DNA of 64,000 nt from Eledone cirrhosa (lineage: Eukaryota), in the NCBI GenBank assembly GCA_964016885.1, contig OZ024766.1, positions 4,154,001 through 4,218,000 of the forward strand. Reading direction: 5' to 3'. The notes beneath the pieces were generated by a model, which had not been told where the DNA came from, made no database searches, and saw nothing but the letters and a program-made list of their open reading frames with translations. Both the position numbers and the translations under genes were made by a program. Below, piece after piece: positions 24,027 to 36,188 of the stretch. Each line of letters opens with the position of its first letter. Within the stretch, counting starts at the first letter, position 1.

Positions 24027-24570
24027 TACTCGATACTTAAGGTAGTAGAGTGGATAATAGGAAAAGAGTCAGGACCCCGACGGCTGAGCTCCGGCCGTTT
24101 CGACATCTAGATCCAAACGTTCGGTCGGAGCTCAGCCGTCGGGGTCCTGATTCTTTTCCTATATATATAAACCTTATGAATTATGGAAAGTACTGTTTGG
24201 AAGAGTGATTGAAATTTGGAAATGTGTGAGTCCTAATGGCTAAAAATAATTGTAAAAGAATCGATCACTTTATATAATTGATCACTTTATTTAATCGATC
24301 ACTTTATATAAAAAAAATTGATAGAGCGACTTTTTTCCGTCTCTGAAGGAAAATTTACCTAATTTTCTAAAATTTACTATGTTCAGGGGTAAGGGTTAGG
24401 ACGAAATAGATAAAAAAAAATTCAGAAAGACGAGGAAAAATCCTAAAATTAAGTGAAAAGACAAAAAACGTGAAGGAACGGCTACGAAAATTCTGCTGTG
24501 AAATAAAACTCATTTCAGCTTGATTGATTGTTATGGCTGCTTGAATGATATTATATCGTTAATTGAAATC

Positions 24571-24573
24571 ATG
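24571..24573 (+). CDS. LSM4: LSM4 coding exon 1 (ATG only)
   Basis: aaatcATG|GTGAGT; supplies the Met missing before exon 2 (LPLSLL). Confidence 0.75.
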
Positions 24574-24598
24574 GTGAGTGTTTTCCGGCTCCTCATCA

Positions 24599-24666
<68 letters not shown>

Positions 24667-24788
24667 GCTGAGATATATATTCAGTATATTTATCTACATA
24701 TATACACATGCATATATAACACACGCACATATCATACCCATATATATATACGCACATTTACACATGTGTATAGTATATATATATAGTA

Positions 24789-24821
<33 letters not shown>

Positions 24822-24879
24822 GTATATATAGTATATATATATATATATATATATAGTATATATGTATATATAGTATGTG

Positions 24880-24932
<53 letters not shown>

Positions 24933-24961
24933 TGTATATATTATGTATATATATATATATA

Positions 24962-25010
<49 letters not shown>

Positions 25011-25304
25011 TCTTGTCTCATTATTTTCTTCAGTCTGTATATACATCTGTCTACGTTATACAACAAATCCTTCCGCAAACAGAGAAATTGGCGGTGAATT
25101 TGAGGAGATTTAGCTATTATTTCTAGCACAGAGAAAAATGCTTGCAGCATTTTATCTGACTCTCTCAGCCCTGAGTTCAAATTGTACCAAAGTCAGCTTC
25201 TTTACCTTTCAAACATCTCATTAAGGACGAGTATACCTTGGCTAACGTCGTTTAGACTTTCATGATTCTTGAAGTTATGGCGGGGTTTTTTTCTTAATAT
25301 TATT

Positions 25305-26290
25305 TGGGCGGTGGATTGGCAGTATCGGTAGAGGGTCGGACGCAATGTTTTGCAGCATAGAGTTACGGCCCTTTACGATCTGAGCTCAAATCCCGCCGAG
25401 GTTAACTTTGCCTTTCATCCTTACGGGGTCGATAAAATAAAGTACCAGTAATACACTGGGGTAAATGCTGGCCTTGTGCCTAAAGTAGAAACAATTATTA
25501 TTTGGTAGAAATAAAGGCGGGAGATTGGCAGAATCGGTAGAGCGTTGGGCAGCATGCTTTGTGACACAGAGTTACGGCCCTTTACGTTTTTGAGTTCAAA
25601 TCCCTCCGACGTTGGTTTTCCTTTTCGTCATTACAGAATCGATAACATGAAGTACCAGTAATACACTGGGTTCGATTTAATTGAGGTTCCCCTCCCCCCA
25701 AAATTGTTGGTGGCCTTGTGCCTGAACCAGAAACCATTATTTGACAAAATGGCAGAATCGGTAGAGCGTCGGACAATATGCTTTTGCGGTATATAGTTAC
25801 GGCCCTTTACGTTCTGAGTTCAAATCCCGTCGAGGTTAGCTTTGCCTTTCGTCATCACGGGGGTTGATAAAATATAGTACCAGTGATACACTGAGGTTGA
25901 TTTAATTGACTAGCCCCTCTCTCCCAAAATTGTCGACGGCCTTGTCCCTTTTACGACACAGAGTTACGGCCCTTTACGTTCTGATTTCAAATCCCGTCGA
26001 GGTTAGTTTTGCCTTTCGTCCTTACGGGGTTCATTACTGGTACTTTATTTTAAGGATGAAAGGCAAAGCTAGCCTCGCCGGGATTTGACCTCAGAACGTA
26101 AAGGGCCGTAACTCTATGCCACAAAGCATAGTGTCCGACGCTCTACTGATTACTGACATTATACTGTCCTTATTTTTGCCAAATAGTTGTTTCTTATAGA
26201 AGCACAAGGCCAGAAATTTTGGGGGGAGGGGAAAGTTGCTTAAATCAACCCCAGTGTATAACTGGTATTTTATTTATCAACCCCTGAAAT
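25305..26290. mobile_element. Cluster of family-2 SINE copies (several on +, last ones on -)
   Basis: Repeated GGCAG(T/A)ATCGGTAGAG heads and ..GATAAAATAAAGTACCAG cores. Confidence 0.8.
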
Positions 26291-26367
26291 GTACTGTATA
26301 CTGGTATGTAAGTTGGAGTACAGCATGGGGGAATGCCTAATCCAGGGTCTACTGTTGGAGGACCCCC

Positions 26368-26597
26368 TGTGGTGTGGTCAAGTATGGTGTGTAGTGTGGT
26401 CTGGTGTGGTGTGGTGTAGTGTAGTATGGTGTGGTGTGATGTAATGTGGTCTGGTGTAGTGTAGTGTGGTATGGTGTAGTGTGGTCTGGCGTGGTGTAGT
26501 GTAGTGTGGTCTGGTGTAGTGTAGTGTAGTGTGGTATGGTGTAGTGTAGTGTGGTCTGGTGTAGTGTAGTATGGTCTGGTGTAGTGTGTTGTAGTGG
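26368..26597. repeat. (GTGTA/GTGTG/GTCTG)n pentamer repeat
   Basis: Direct reading. Confidence 0.9.
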
Positions 26598-26623
26598 ACC
26601 AACTCTGTCATGACAGTCTGTCT

Positions 26624-27059
26624 CAGCATCTAACTCTCTAACTCAGCATCTCACTCTCTAACACAGCATCTAACTCTCTAACTCAGCATCTAACTCTCTA
26701 ACTCAGCATCTAACTCTCTAACACAGCATCTAACTCTCTAACACAGCATCTAACTCTCTAACACAGCATCTAACTCTCTAACACAGCATCTAACTCTCTA
26801 ACACAGCATCTAACTCTCTAACTCAGCATCTAACTCTCTAACTCAGCATCTAACTCTCTAACACAGCATCTAACTCTCTAACACAGCATCTAACTCTCTA
26901 ACACAGCATCTAACTCTCTAACTCAGCATCTAACTCTCTAACACAGCATCTAACTCTCTAACTCAGCATCTAACTCTCTAACTCAGCATCTAACTCTCTA
27001 ACTCAGCATCTAACTCTCTAACACAGCATCTAACTCTCTAACTCAGCATCTAACTCTCT
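26624..27059 (+). repeat. 20-bp minisatellite, about 22 copies, abutting the LSM4 exon 2 acceptor
   Basis: Unit cagcatctaactctctaac(t/a). Confidence 0.95.
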
Positions 27060-27066
27060 GTTGCAG

Positions 27067-27108
27067 CTACCATTATCGTTGCTCAGAACAGCTGTTAACC
27101 ATCCGATG
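27067..27108 (+). CDS. LSM4: LSM4 exon 2
   Basis: LPLSLLRTAVNHPM (human LPLSLLKTAQNHPM); ttgcag/GTAAGT. Confidence 0.95.
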
Positions 27109-27391
27109 GTAAGTAAAAATTTCTTTATTTTTCACAAATATTTCAGCAAACAGCTGAGAAATATCACTCAGACATTTGCCAGATTTATAGCAAGGTGGAT
27201 AGGGTATTTACCTTGAACACTTCTATCAGTTGGGGCCTTGTAACATAGATGTGCCCCTTGATGTACGTTTGTGTTTTAACTTTTCAACACATAACATTTT
27301 GGTACCCTTGAAATATATATAATAAAATAAATATGGTTTCATAAATATAGTTTCCATTTATTTAATATCATTGTATACATATATATATATA

Positions 27392-27802
<411 letters not shown>

Positions 27803-27914
27803 AAAAAGTTTTATTTAAATTGTTGGGATACAACAAGCAAATATTTTTATAACTGATATAAAGCACTCAACAAATATTTGGAGTAAAAATACGATATTAA
27901 CAAATGGAAACTAT

Positions 27915-28019
27915 ATTTATAAAACCATATTTATTTCATTATACATATTTCAAGGACACCAAGTTAAATTATGGTGTGCTTTCATCAGATAAAATATAAT
28001 ATAGATCAGTTTTATAAAT
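27915..28019 (-). ncRNA. Type I hammerhead ribozyme candidate, family A
   Basis: Minus strand: UAUUUUAU CUGAUGA AAGCACACCA..UGGUGUCCUU GAAA UAUGUAUA AUGAAAUA, with the distal AUUUAUAAAAC/GUUUUAUAAAU stem. Confidence 0.75.
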
Positions 28020-28135
28020 AAATATTGACTACCCTTAAAAAATGCAACCATTACGGTTGGAAGCTCCCGGGTAGTAAATATATATATATATATGCGTGTG
28101 TGTCTGTAATGTGTCATTATCTCTCTGTGTTTCAG

Positions 28136-28234
28136 TTGGTTGAGTTGAAGAATGGTGAAACATACAATGGACATTTGGTCAGTTGTGACAACTGGATGAA
28201 TATTAATTTAAGAGAGGTTATCTGCACATCCCGG
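28136..28234 (+). CDS. LSM4: LSM4 exon 3 (Sm1 motif)
   Basis: [33 protein letters not shown], identical to vertebrate LSm4. Confidence 0.98.
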
Positions 28235-28364
28235 GTGAGTTCATTTCTGCTTCCTGGTTGGGTAGTGAATTATCATCATCATCATCATCATCACATTTTA
28301 CTGTCTATTTTCTCTGCTAGCAAGGGCTGGACATGTCCTCAGAGTCAACCCCCTCCTCATTTTC

Positions 28365-29034
28365 CTACTGTGAAAATACAATAGTATATATAGAGTAATG
28401 TAAATGTTATGTGAGATATTATGTGAGGTAAAGCCTTTACTGTGACAATACAGTAGTATATATAGAGTAATGTAAATGTTATGTGAGATATTATGTGAGG
28501 TAAAGCCTTTACTGTGACAATACAGTAGTATATATAGAGTAATGTAAATGTTATGTGAGATATTATGTGAGGTAAAGCCTTTACTGTGACAATACAGTAG
28601 TATATATAGAGTAATGTAAATGTTATGTGAGATATTATGTGAGGTAAAGCCTTTACTGTGACAATACAATAGTATATATAGAGTAATGTAAATGTTATGT
28701 GAGATATTATGTGAGGTAAAGCCTTTACTGTGACAATACAATAGTATATATAGAGTAATGTAAATGTTATGTGAGATATTATGTGAGGTAAAGCCTTTAC
28801 TGTGACAATACAGTAGTATATATAGAGTAATGTAAATGTTATGTGAGATATTATGTGAGGTAAAGCCTTTACTGTGACAATACAATAGTATATATAGAGT
28901 AATGTAAATGTTATGTGAGATATTATGTGAGGTAAAGCCTTTACTGTGACAATACAATAGTATATATAGAGTAATGTAAATGTTATGTGAGATATTATGT
29001 GAGGTAAAGACTTTACTGTGAAAATACAATAGTA
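28365..29034 (-). repeat. 72-bp satellite array (MITE-derived, no ends)
   Basis: Reverse complement of the 72-bp unit. Confidence 0.9.
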
Positions 29035-29518
29035 TCATCATCATCACCGTTTTATGTTCGTTCTTCCACGCTAGCATGGGTTAGATGGGTTGTCCTGTTG
29101 TGGGCAGTGTCCGGTTGGCTGACCTTGTCTTGCTCATACAGGAACTGATTCTGGCTTGATTTCTACAGCTGGATGCCCTTCCTAACACCAACCTCATTTA
29201 CAGTGAGTGCTGGGTGCCTTTTTTCCGTGGCGCCTACACGTCCACTTTTACAGTGAGTGCTGGGTGCTTTTTTTCCGTGACACCTCCACGACCACTTTAC
29301 AGTGAGTGCTGGGTGCTTTTTTTCCGTGGCACCTCCACGACCACTTTACAGTGAGTGCTGGGTGCTTTTTTTGCCGTGGCACCTACACGACCACTTTGTA
29401 GTGGAATGATAGGAACCCCAGTCCCTATCATCTCATTTCTACAGCTGAGTAAACTGGAGCAATGTGAAATAAAGTGTCTTGCTCAAGGACACAACACATC
29501 ACCCGGTCCGAGAATTGA
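29035..29518 (-). mobile_element. SINE family 1 (5'-truncated) with internal 43-bp repeats
   Basis: Match to other copies. Confidence 0.8.
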
Positions 29519-29519
29519 T

Positions 29520-29770
29520 GGACATTAAATGATGATGATGTTAATAATGCTTTATTTATTTATTTATTTATTATTTATGGACATTAAATGATGATGATGA
29601 TGGATGTTATGATGATAATGCTTTCTTTCTTTATTTATTTATTTATTTATTTATTTATTTCTTTATTTATTATTTATTTATTTATTATTTATTTATTTAT
29701 TTATTTATTTATTATTTATTTATTTATTTATTAGTTATTTATTATTTATTTATTTATTTATTAGTTATTT

Positions 29771-29802
<32 letters not shown>

Positions 29803-29924
29803 TTATGGACATTAAATGATGATGATGATGGATGTTATGATGATAATGCTTTCTTTCTTTATTTATTATTTATTTATTTATTTATTTATTTATTATTTAT
29901 TTATTATTTATTTATTATTTATTT

Positions 29925-29976
<52 letters not shown>

Positions 29977-30019
29977 TTATTTATTTATTATTTATTTATT
30001 ATTTATTTATTATTTATTT

Positions 30020-30055
<36 letters not shown>

Positions 30056-30336
30056 TTATTTATTTATTATTTATTTATTTATTTATTATTTATTTATTAT
30101 TTATTTATTATTTATTTATTATTTATTTTTTTATTTATTTATTTATTTATTTATTATTTATTTATTTATTATTTATTTATTTATTATTTATTTATTATTT
30201 ATTTATTTATTTATTATTTATTTATTATTTATTTATTTATTATTTATTTATTATTTATTTATTATTTATTTATTTATTATTTATTTTTTTATTTATTTAT
30301 TTATTTATTATTTATTTATTATTTATTTTTTTATTT

Positions 30337-30384
<48 letters not shown>

Positions 30385-30480
30385 TTATTTATTATTTATT
30401 TATTTATTATTTATTTATTATTTATTATTTATTTATTTATTATTTATTTATTATTTATGGACATTAAACGATGATGATGA
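29520..30480. repeat. (TTTA/TTA)n tract with repeated ggacattaaatgatgatg spacers
   Basis: Direct reading. Confidence 0.9.
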
Positions 30481-30499
30481 TGGTGTTTGTATATTGCAG

Positions 30500-30674
30500 G
30501 ATGGGGACCGCTTCTGGCGTATGCCTGAGTGTTATATCCGAGGGAGTACGATAAAATATCTGCGGATCCCTGACGAAGTCATCGACATGGTCAAAGAGGA
30601 GGTAATCCTGAAAAACAAAGGTCGCGGTGACATGAAGGGTCGCGGGGGACCGCAGAGAGGTCGCGGGGGTCGAG
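30500..30674 (+). CDS. LSM4: LSM4 exon 4 (Sm2 motif and start of RG tail)
   Basis: [40 protein letters not shown]; ttgcag/GTAGGT. Confidence 0.96.
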
Positions 30675-30744
30675 GTAGGTGTCGTTACGCAGTCTTTTGT
30701 CTTGTTGTTGTTGTTGTTGTTGTGTGAATGCGTGAACATGCCTC

Positions 30745-31132
30745 CATCGCCACCGTCACTACCACAAGTCCACCACTACCACAACACCACCACCACTACT
30801 ACCAACACAACCATGCCGTCACCACGACTACTACAACTAACCACCCCCATTGCCACCGTCACTACCACAACTCCACCACCACAACACTACCACCAACACA
30901 ACCACCATCACCATCATCACCACCAACACAACCACTTCTACTACAACTAACAACCACCACCACCAACAACACAACCACCACCCCACCACTACTACCAATA
31001 CAACCACCACCACCATCACCACAACACAACCACCACCACTACCAACACAACCACCATCACCACCGCAACTCCACCACCATCACCACCGCAACTCCACCAC
31101 CATCATCTCCACCACCACCACTTCCACCCCAC
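30745..31132. repeat. (ACC/ACA)n low-complexity tract
   Basis: Direct reading. Confidence 0.9.
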
Positions 31133-31233
31133 ATATGCTGTAACCCATGTATTTATAATGTTTACTGTACTATATATAACACTGTCTGTCCAGTCCTACA
31201 TGTAATGTAACCCCTATATCTATCTATCTATCT

Positions 31234-32000
31234 ATGGACACCTTCCAAAAGTCCCTGGCCTGGCAGTGCTACCGAGGAGCTCTACCAGTTCGAGACAAGC
31301 TCTACAGACATGGGCGCCCGGGCAGGGACCCTGCAAAAAAGATCTGTCCGAGGTGCGTGCGTGACGAAGAAACCGTTGCGCACGCATTCATACACTGCCC
31401 GGGCGTCACCGACCTGTGGGTCTATGTAGAACGACTATTGTCGCGGGTGGGACCAATCCGGTTGACCACCGAGTCCATTGTCATGATCAAACCTCCCACC
31501 CTTCTTCAAAAATGAAGGAGAGGCGGTTTTTCTTTGTGTGATAGCTATGGCGAAAGAGGTTGTATGGTGGACAAGGTTGAAAGGGCTGAGGTCAGACACC
31601 TTTCTCTCCAGCCAACAACTGATTCTTTTTTTTCAAATACCACTTTGGAAGAAGAGTCAGGATGGAGAGAGAGGTGCTGTACCCCAGCAAGTTTTATGAA
31701 AAGTGGGAGAAAGTGGCGAGAATGGCCCGAGTGAATGGGCCTTCTCTCTATATCAGCCTGTAGGTTGAGGAAAAGGAGGAGAGGAAAGGAGTACAAACTC
31801 TTCGTACTCCTGGAGATGAGGGTTGCACATTTTTTCGGGGGTATGTGTTACCCATATGAACTGTCTCCCCCTATTGGGGGAAATCGACTAATTTTTAAAA
31901 TTGCATTTGTGATAATATTTTACACGTTTTTATTGTATGTAAACTTCTCCCTTTGTATTTGTCCCCTTCTTTTGTGCCCCTGTGGCTAATAAAGAAACAT
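31234..32000 (+). mobile_element. L1/Tx1-type LINE 3' fragment (zf-RVT-like CxxC..HxxxxC), disrupted, (CTAT)n on both sides
   Basis: SLAWQCYRGALPVRDKL..CPRC..ETVAHAFIHC..LW; AATAAA near 31988. Confidence 0.7.
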
Positions 32001-32089
32001 ATCTATCTATCTATCTCTCTATCTCTCTATCTATCTATCTATCTATCTCTCTCTATCTCTCTATCTATCCATGTAATCAGTAACGTAAT

Positions 32090-32262
32090 CCACTGCAAAG
32101 TGGTCGTGGAGGTACCACGGCAAAGAAAGCACCCAGCACTCACTGTAAATGAGGTTGGTGTTAGGAAGGGCATCCAGCTGTAGAAATCAAGCCAGAATCA
32201 GTTCCCGTCCCACCCTTGCAAGCAGGGAAAAGCGGACGTAAAATGAAATGAAAATGAAATGA
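32090..32262 (+). mobile_element. SINE family 1 3' half
   Basis: Match to other copies. Confidence 0.75.
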
Positions 32263-32534
32263 TGAATGAATCCTTGATACATTTAAAAGAGATAATTATT
32301 ATATATAAACTGCATTAGGAGAAAATTAGTAACGGAAATATAAAGCCTATATAACGATGCAAATATATGAACTTTTATTTAAGCGATGTGATAAGTGTTA
32401 TAATATAACGGACGCTAACCAGAAGTGTTGACATTTGAAAATTTTAAAGAAGTGAATCTTAAAATAAGCAATAAAATTATTTATATTTAATCAACAGTTA
32501 CAAAATTTAGTAGATAAATTATGTAATATTCATT

Positions 32535-32975
32535 CAGTACTGGGTAATTGCTGGCCTTGTGCCTAAAGTAGAAACAATTATTACAGGGTCGATAAAATAA
32601 AGTACCAGTAATACACTGGGGTAATTGCTGGCCTTGTGCCCCCAAAAGTAGAAACAATTATTACGGGGTCGATAAAATAAAGTACCAGTAATACACTGGG
32701 GTAATTGCTGGCCTTGTGCCCCCAAAAGTAGAAACAATTATTACAGGGTCGATAAAATAAAGTACCAGTAATGCACTGGGGTAATTGCTGGCCTTGTGCC
32801 TAAAGTAGAAACAATTATTACAGGGTCGATAAAATAAAGTACCAGTAATACACTGGGGTAATTGCTGGCCTTGTGCCAAAAGTAGAAACAATTATTATTA
32901 TATTTTATAAAATAAAGTACCAGTAATGCACTGGGGTAATTGCTGGCCTTGTGCCTAAAGTAGAAACAATTATTT
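32535..32975 (+). repeat. About 80-bp tandem array of the family-2 SINE 3' end
   Basis: gggtcgataaaataaagtaccagtaatacactggggtaattgctggccttgtgcc repeated about 5 times. Confidence 0.9.
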
Positions 32976-33090
32976 ATTCAAAGTAATCCAACTTATTTTA
33001 CAAACGGGATAAAAAAAAAAACTATATTCAGGATGCAGTCCAGCACTCCTTAGTTTATTGTAGTTTTGATTGTTATTATTATCATTGCAG

Positions 33091-33188
33091 GTACATTTGG
33101 TGGTAGAGGAGGTCGTGGTGGTAACGTTGGTGGTCGTGGTGGAGGTGGAGGTGGAGGACCAAGGCCGGGGAAGCCACGGGGAGACTAA
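33091..33188 (+). CDS. LSM4: LSM4 exon 5 (RGG tail and stop); full protein 138 aa
   Basis: GTFGGRGGRGGNVGGRGGGGGGGPRPGKPRGD*; ttgcag acceptor, phase 1. Confidence 0.9.
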
Positions 33189-33604
33189 ACGGAGTAGCTA
33201 CAACAGTAACAACAACAACAACAACAGTAACAATAATAACAACAACAACAACTACTACAACAGCAGCAACAACAGTCATTTCCACCTTGAACTGTTTCTA
33301 ACCCTTCGCCACCCCGCCCCAGTGTTGTTGTGGTGGTGGTGGTGGTGGTGGGGGTTAGAGAATACATAAAAGACTATGGCCCCTGGGGAAGGGGAAAATA
33401 AGACACCCCTTATCCAAGATGGCAGAAACCAGGTGAGGATGGGGCTGGGGGGGGGGGGGTCCTAAGTTTCAATATAAATTTACTTTTTTTTATAATTGTC
33501 TTAGTGTTTATTTTTCATTGTTTTTTTTTTTTTGTATTTTTTTTCCTTTTGTTCCCTCTCAGCTGTGTAGTTGGGGTGGGGGCACGGCTAAGGAGATGGA
33601 ATGT

Positions 33605-34365
33605 GATGATGATCATCATCATTTTACGTCCACTTTTCCCTGCTTGCAAGGGTGGGACGGGTCCTATTCAACACAGCATCTCTTCCACTTGTCACGGTCC
33701 TTTGTCATCTCCTCCGTGAGCTTCAGCGATCTGAGGTCTGCTCTCACCACCTCCACCTAGGATTGTGGTAATTTCTCTCTCCCATTCGTTCTCCACATTC
33801 AACAGTCTCTCATAATGACATTTCCAGACCTCCTTTTTCTGATCATTCGTGACACTAAGTACACCGGCATCATTCCAGACACATTTATCTCCAACAACAT
33901 CCTGATTTACACCGACACACTTCTTTGCAATGTGGAACACCGCACGCCTCTTATCTTCCCATTGCAGAACATTGGCAAACCTCCTACTCTCAGCCTCCCT
34001 GCGTGCTAAGTACACCTGACGTCTAGCTTCTCTCTTAGCGGCTGTATATCCTTCTCTACTCCCACCATTTTTCCAAGTGTTCCATGCTAGTCTTTTATCT
34101 CTAATGGCCCTATCTACTGTGCTGTTCCACCACCAGGTCACTCTCTGTCTGGTTGAAGCTCTGCTCCAGCCACAAGTTTCTTCAGTGGCCTGAAGTAAGT
34201 TGTCGCGTAAGAAATTCCAGTTATTATCTATGTCATACGTCTCCAAATCGTCTCCTTTTTCGTCATACACATCTTGAAGGGCTTTCCTAAATTTGTATTT
34301 TAGTGAAAGGTCTTTTAGCTTCCAGACCTTTCTTCTCCACACCTTCCTGTGTCTCATTCCATCTC
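33605..34365 (-). mobile_element. RTE LINE fragment (EN-RT linker joined to 3' end by internal deletion)
   Basis: KVWKLK..TWWWNSTVDRAIRDKR..WKCHYERLLNVENEW, then the same 3' tail as 15350. Confidence 0.85.
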
Positions 34366-34609
34366 TTGCTTACTATACATTTATTTATATATATATATAT
34401 ATTTATTGAAGTTTAGTGGTTCACCACTGGATAGAACTGGTCATTCCATATAGTTAACCATGATGTAATAGTTGGAAAAGCACTCAATGTTAAACAACCC
34501 CATCCATTACGATGTTGAGCCCTGTTGGTGGTGCGGGAACGGTGTTAATTATTATTGAATAAAATGACAGGAAGCTGGACTGGCTGAAATTCCTTCAAAG
34601 TTTTATTGC

Positions 34610-34680
34610 TGCAAACACTATGTACATTTCAGTGGCCAGGTTTTGTAGAATCCCGGTGACATCATCAGGTGTATATTGCA
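34610..34680 (-). ncRNA. Minimal type I hammerhead candidate, family B
   Basis: ACAC CUGAUGA UGUCACCGGG..CCUGGCCACU GAAA UGUACAUA GUGU; palindromic stem III AUGUACAU; AAUAAA follows. Confidence 0.65.
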
Positions 34681-34704
34681 TAACAGTTATATGAACTTTA
34701 TTAT

Positions 34705-34799
34705 AAATTATAAATATTGTTCTTCTCATTGAAAGTGACTTCCTGGAGGGTGTCCAGGCAGTGATCTTCCGTAATAAATTCTGGTAACACAATGAACAA
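34705..34799 (-). pseudogene. Displaced degenerate copy of part of OGFOD1 exon 2
   Basis: VLPEFITEDHCLDTLQ----EVTFNEKNN vs exon 2 VLPDFITEDHCLDTLQGELQEVTFNEKNN. Confidence 0.9.
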
Positions 34800-34934
34800 A
34801 AGAAATAATGGTAAACAATCCAAGATGGTACAAGGAAAGAAAAAAATTATTTTTAATTTTTCTTTATATAGACTGTACCAAATATATTTCCTCAAACTCA
34901 TCTGCGTCCATTATATTTTTATAGACGTTGGATA

Positions 34935-35130
34935 GGGGCAGTGGATTGGCAGTATCGGTAGAGAGTCAGACGCCATGCTTTCCAGCATAGAGTTACGTCC
35001 CTTTACGGTCTGAGTTCAAATCCCGCCGAGGTTCACTTTGCCCTTCATCCTTACGAGGGTCGATAAAATAAAGTACCAGTAATGCACTGAGGTAATTGCT
35101 GGCCTTGTGCCAAAAAAGTAGAAACAATTA
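34935..35130 (+). mobile_element. SINE family 2
   Basis: Head and core intact. Confidence 0.8.
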
Positions 35131-35187
35131 TATTTTTATAGGCGTTTTAAACTTGATTTCAATAGAACATATTTTTCTGTAACCTGA

Positions 35188-35400
35188 TACAGTTGTCTCC
35201 CTTGGTATTTGCGGGGTTATGTTCCTAAAACACTCGTGAAGAGTGAAAAGCCCTGAATATTGGACGTGGTCCATAAAAATGCCTATAAACGTGAAAACAC
35301 AACGTAAAATATAGGCCAGCAAATACGGTAAATTGTTAGTAATAATTTTAAAAAATAATTTAGCTTGAAAAAAATATATATTGCCACGAAAAAAATAATT
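35188..35400 (+). mobile_element. Tc1/pogo-like MITE fragment (related copy at 57120-57390)
   Basis: TA|CAGTTGTCTCCC..GGTATTTGCGGGG start shared by both copies. Confidence 0.5.
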
Positions 35401-35423
35401 TAGTAAATATTTAAAAATATATA

Positions 35424-35900
35424 TGGCTTAGTGGTTAGAGCATTGGCCTTGCAATTGAAAGGTTGTGAGTTCAATTCTCAGACCGGGTGATGTGTTGTTT
35501 CCTTGAGCAAGACACTTTATTTCACATTGCTCCAGTTTACTCAGCTGTAGAAATGAGATGATAGGGACTGGGGTCCCTATCATTCCACTGTAAAGTGGTC
35601 GTGGAGGTGCTACGGCAAGAAAGCACCCAGCACTCACTGTAAAGTGGTCATGTAGGTGTCACAACAAAAAGCACCCAGCACTCACTGTAAAGTGGTCGTG
35701 GAGGTGCCATGGCAAAAAAGCACCCAGCACTCACTGTAAAGTGGTCGTGGAGGTGCCATGGCAAAAAAGCACCCAGCACTCACTGTAAATGAGGTTGGTG
35801 TTAGGAAGGGCATCCAGCTGTAGAAATCAAGCCAGGATCAGTTCCCGTCCCACCCTTGCAAGCAGGGAAAAGTGGACGTAAAATGATGATGATGATGATA
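35424..35900 (+). mobile_element. SINE family 1 with 4-5 internal repeats
   Basis: Full head to (GAT)n tail. Confidence 0.85.
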
Positions 35901-35994
35901 TAACAAATAAAATCATTAATTGATAAATGATATAATACATACTATGTATAAATAAATATTTATATATAGTATATTATTTTACTATATTTATATA

Positions 35995-36188
35995 AAATTG
36001 TTTCTAGTTTAGGCACAAGGCCAGCAATTACACAGTACATTACTGGTACTTTATTTTATCGACCCCCCCCCCCGTAAGGATGAAAGGCAAAGTTAACCTC
36101 GGCGGGATTTGAACTCAGATCATAAAGGGCCGTAACTCTATGCTTCAAAGCATGGTGTCCGACTCTCTACCGATACTGCCAATCCACA
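35995..36188 (-). mobile_element. SINE family 2
   Basis: Match to 1920-2110. Confidence 0.8.

Noticed and set aside
24570-24604. Minus-strand CUGAUGA..GAAA with AUGG/CCAU over the LSM4 start codon
   Set aside because: Stem II cannot close properly and spacing at the cleavage site is wrong; likely chance.
28400-28445. Satellite strand TGTGAGATA..TGT..GGTAAAGCCTTTACT resembles ZNF codons CEICGKAFT
   Set aside because: Needs two indels in about 30 nt of AT-rich sequence, and the single-unit MITE is less similar; coincidence not excluded.
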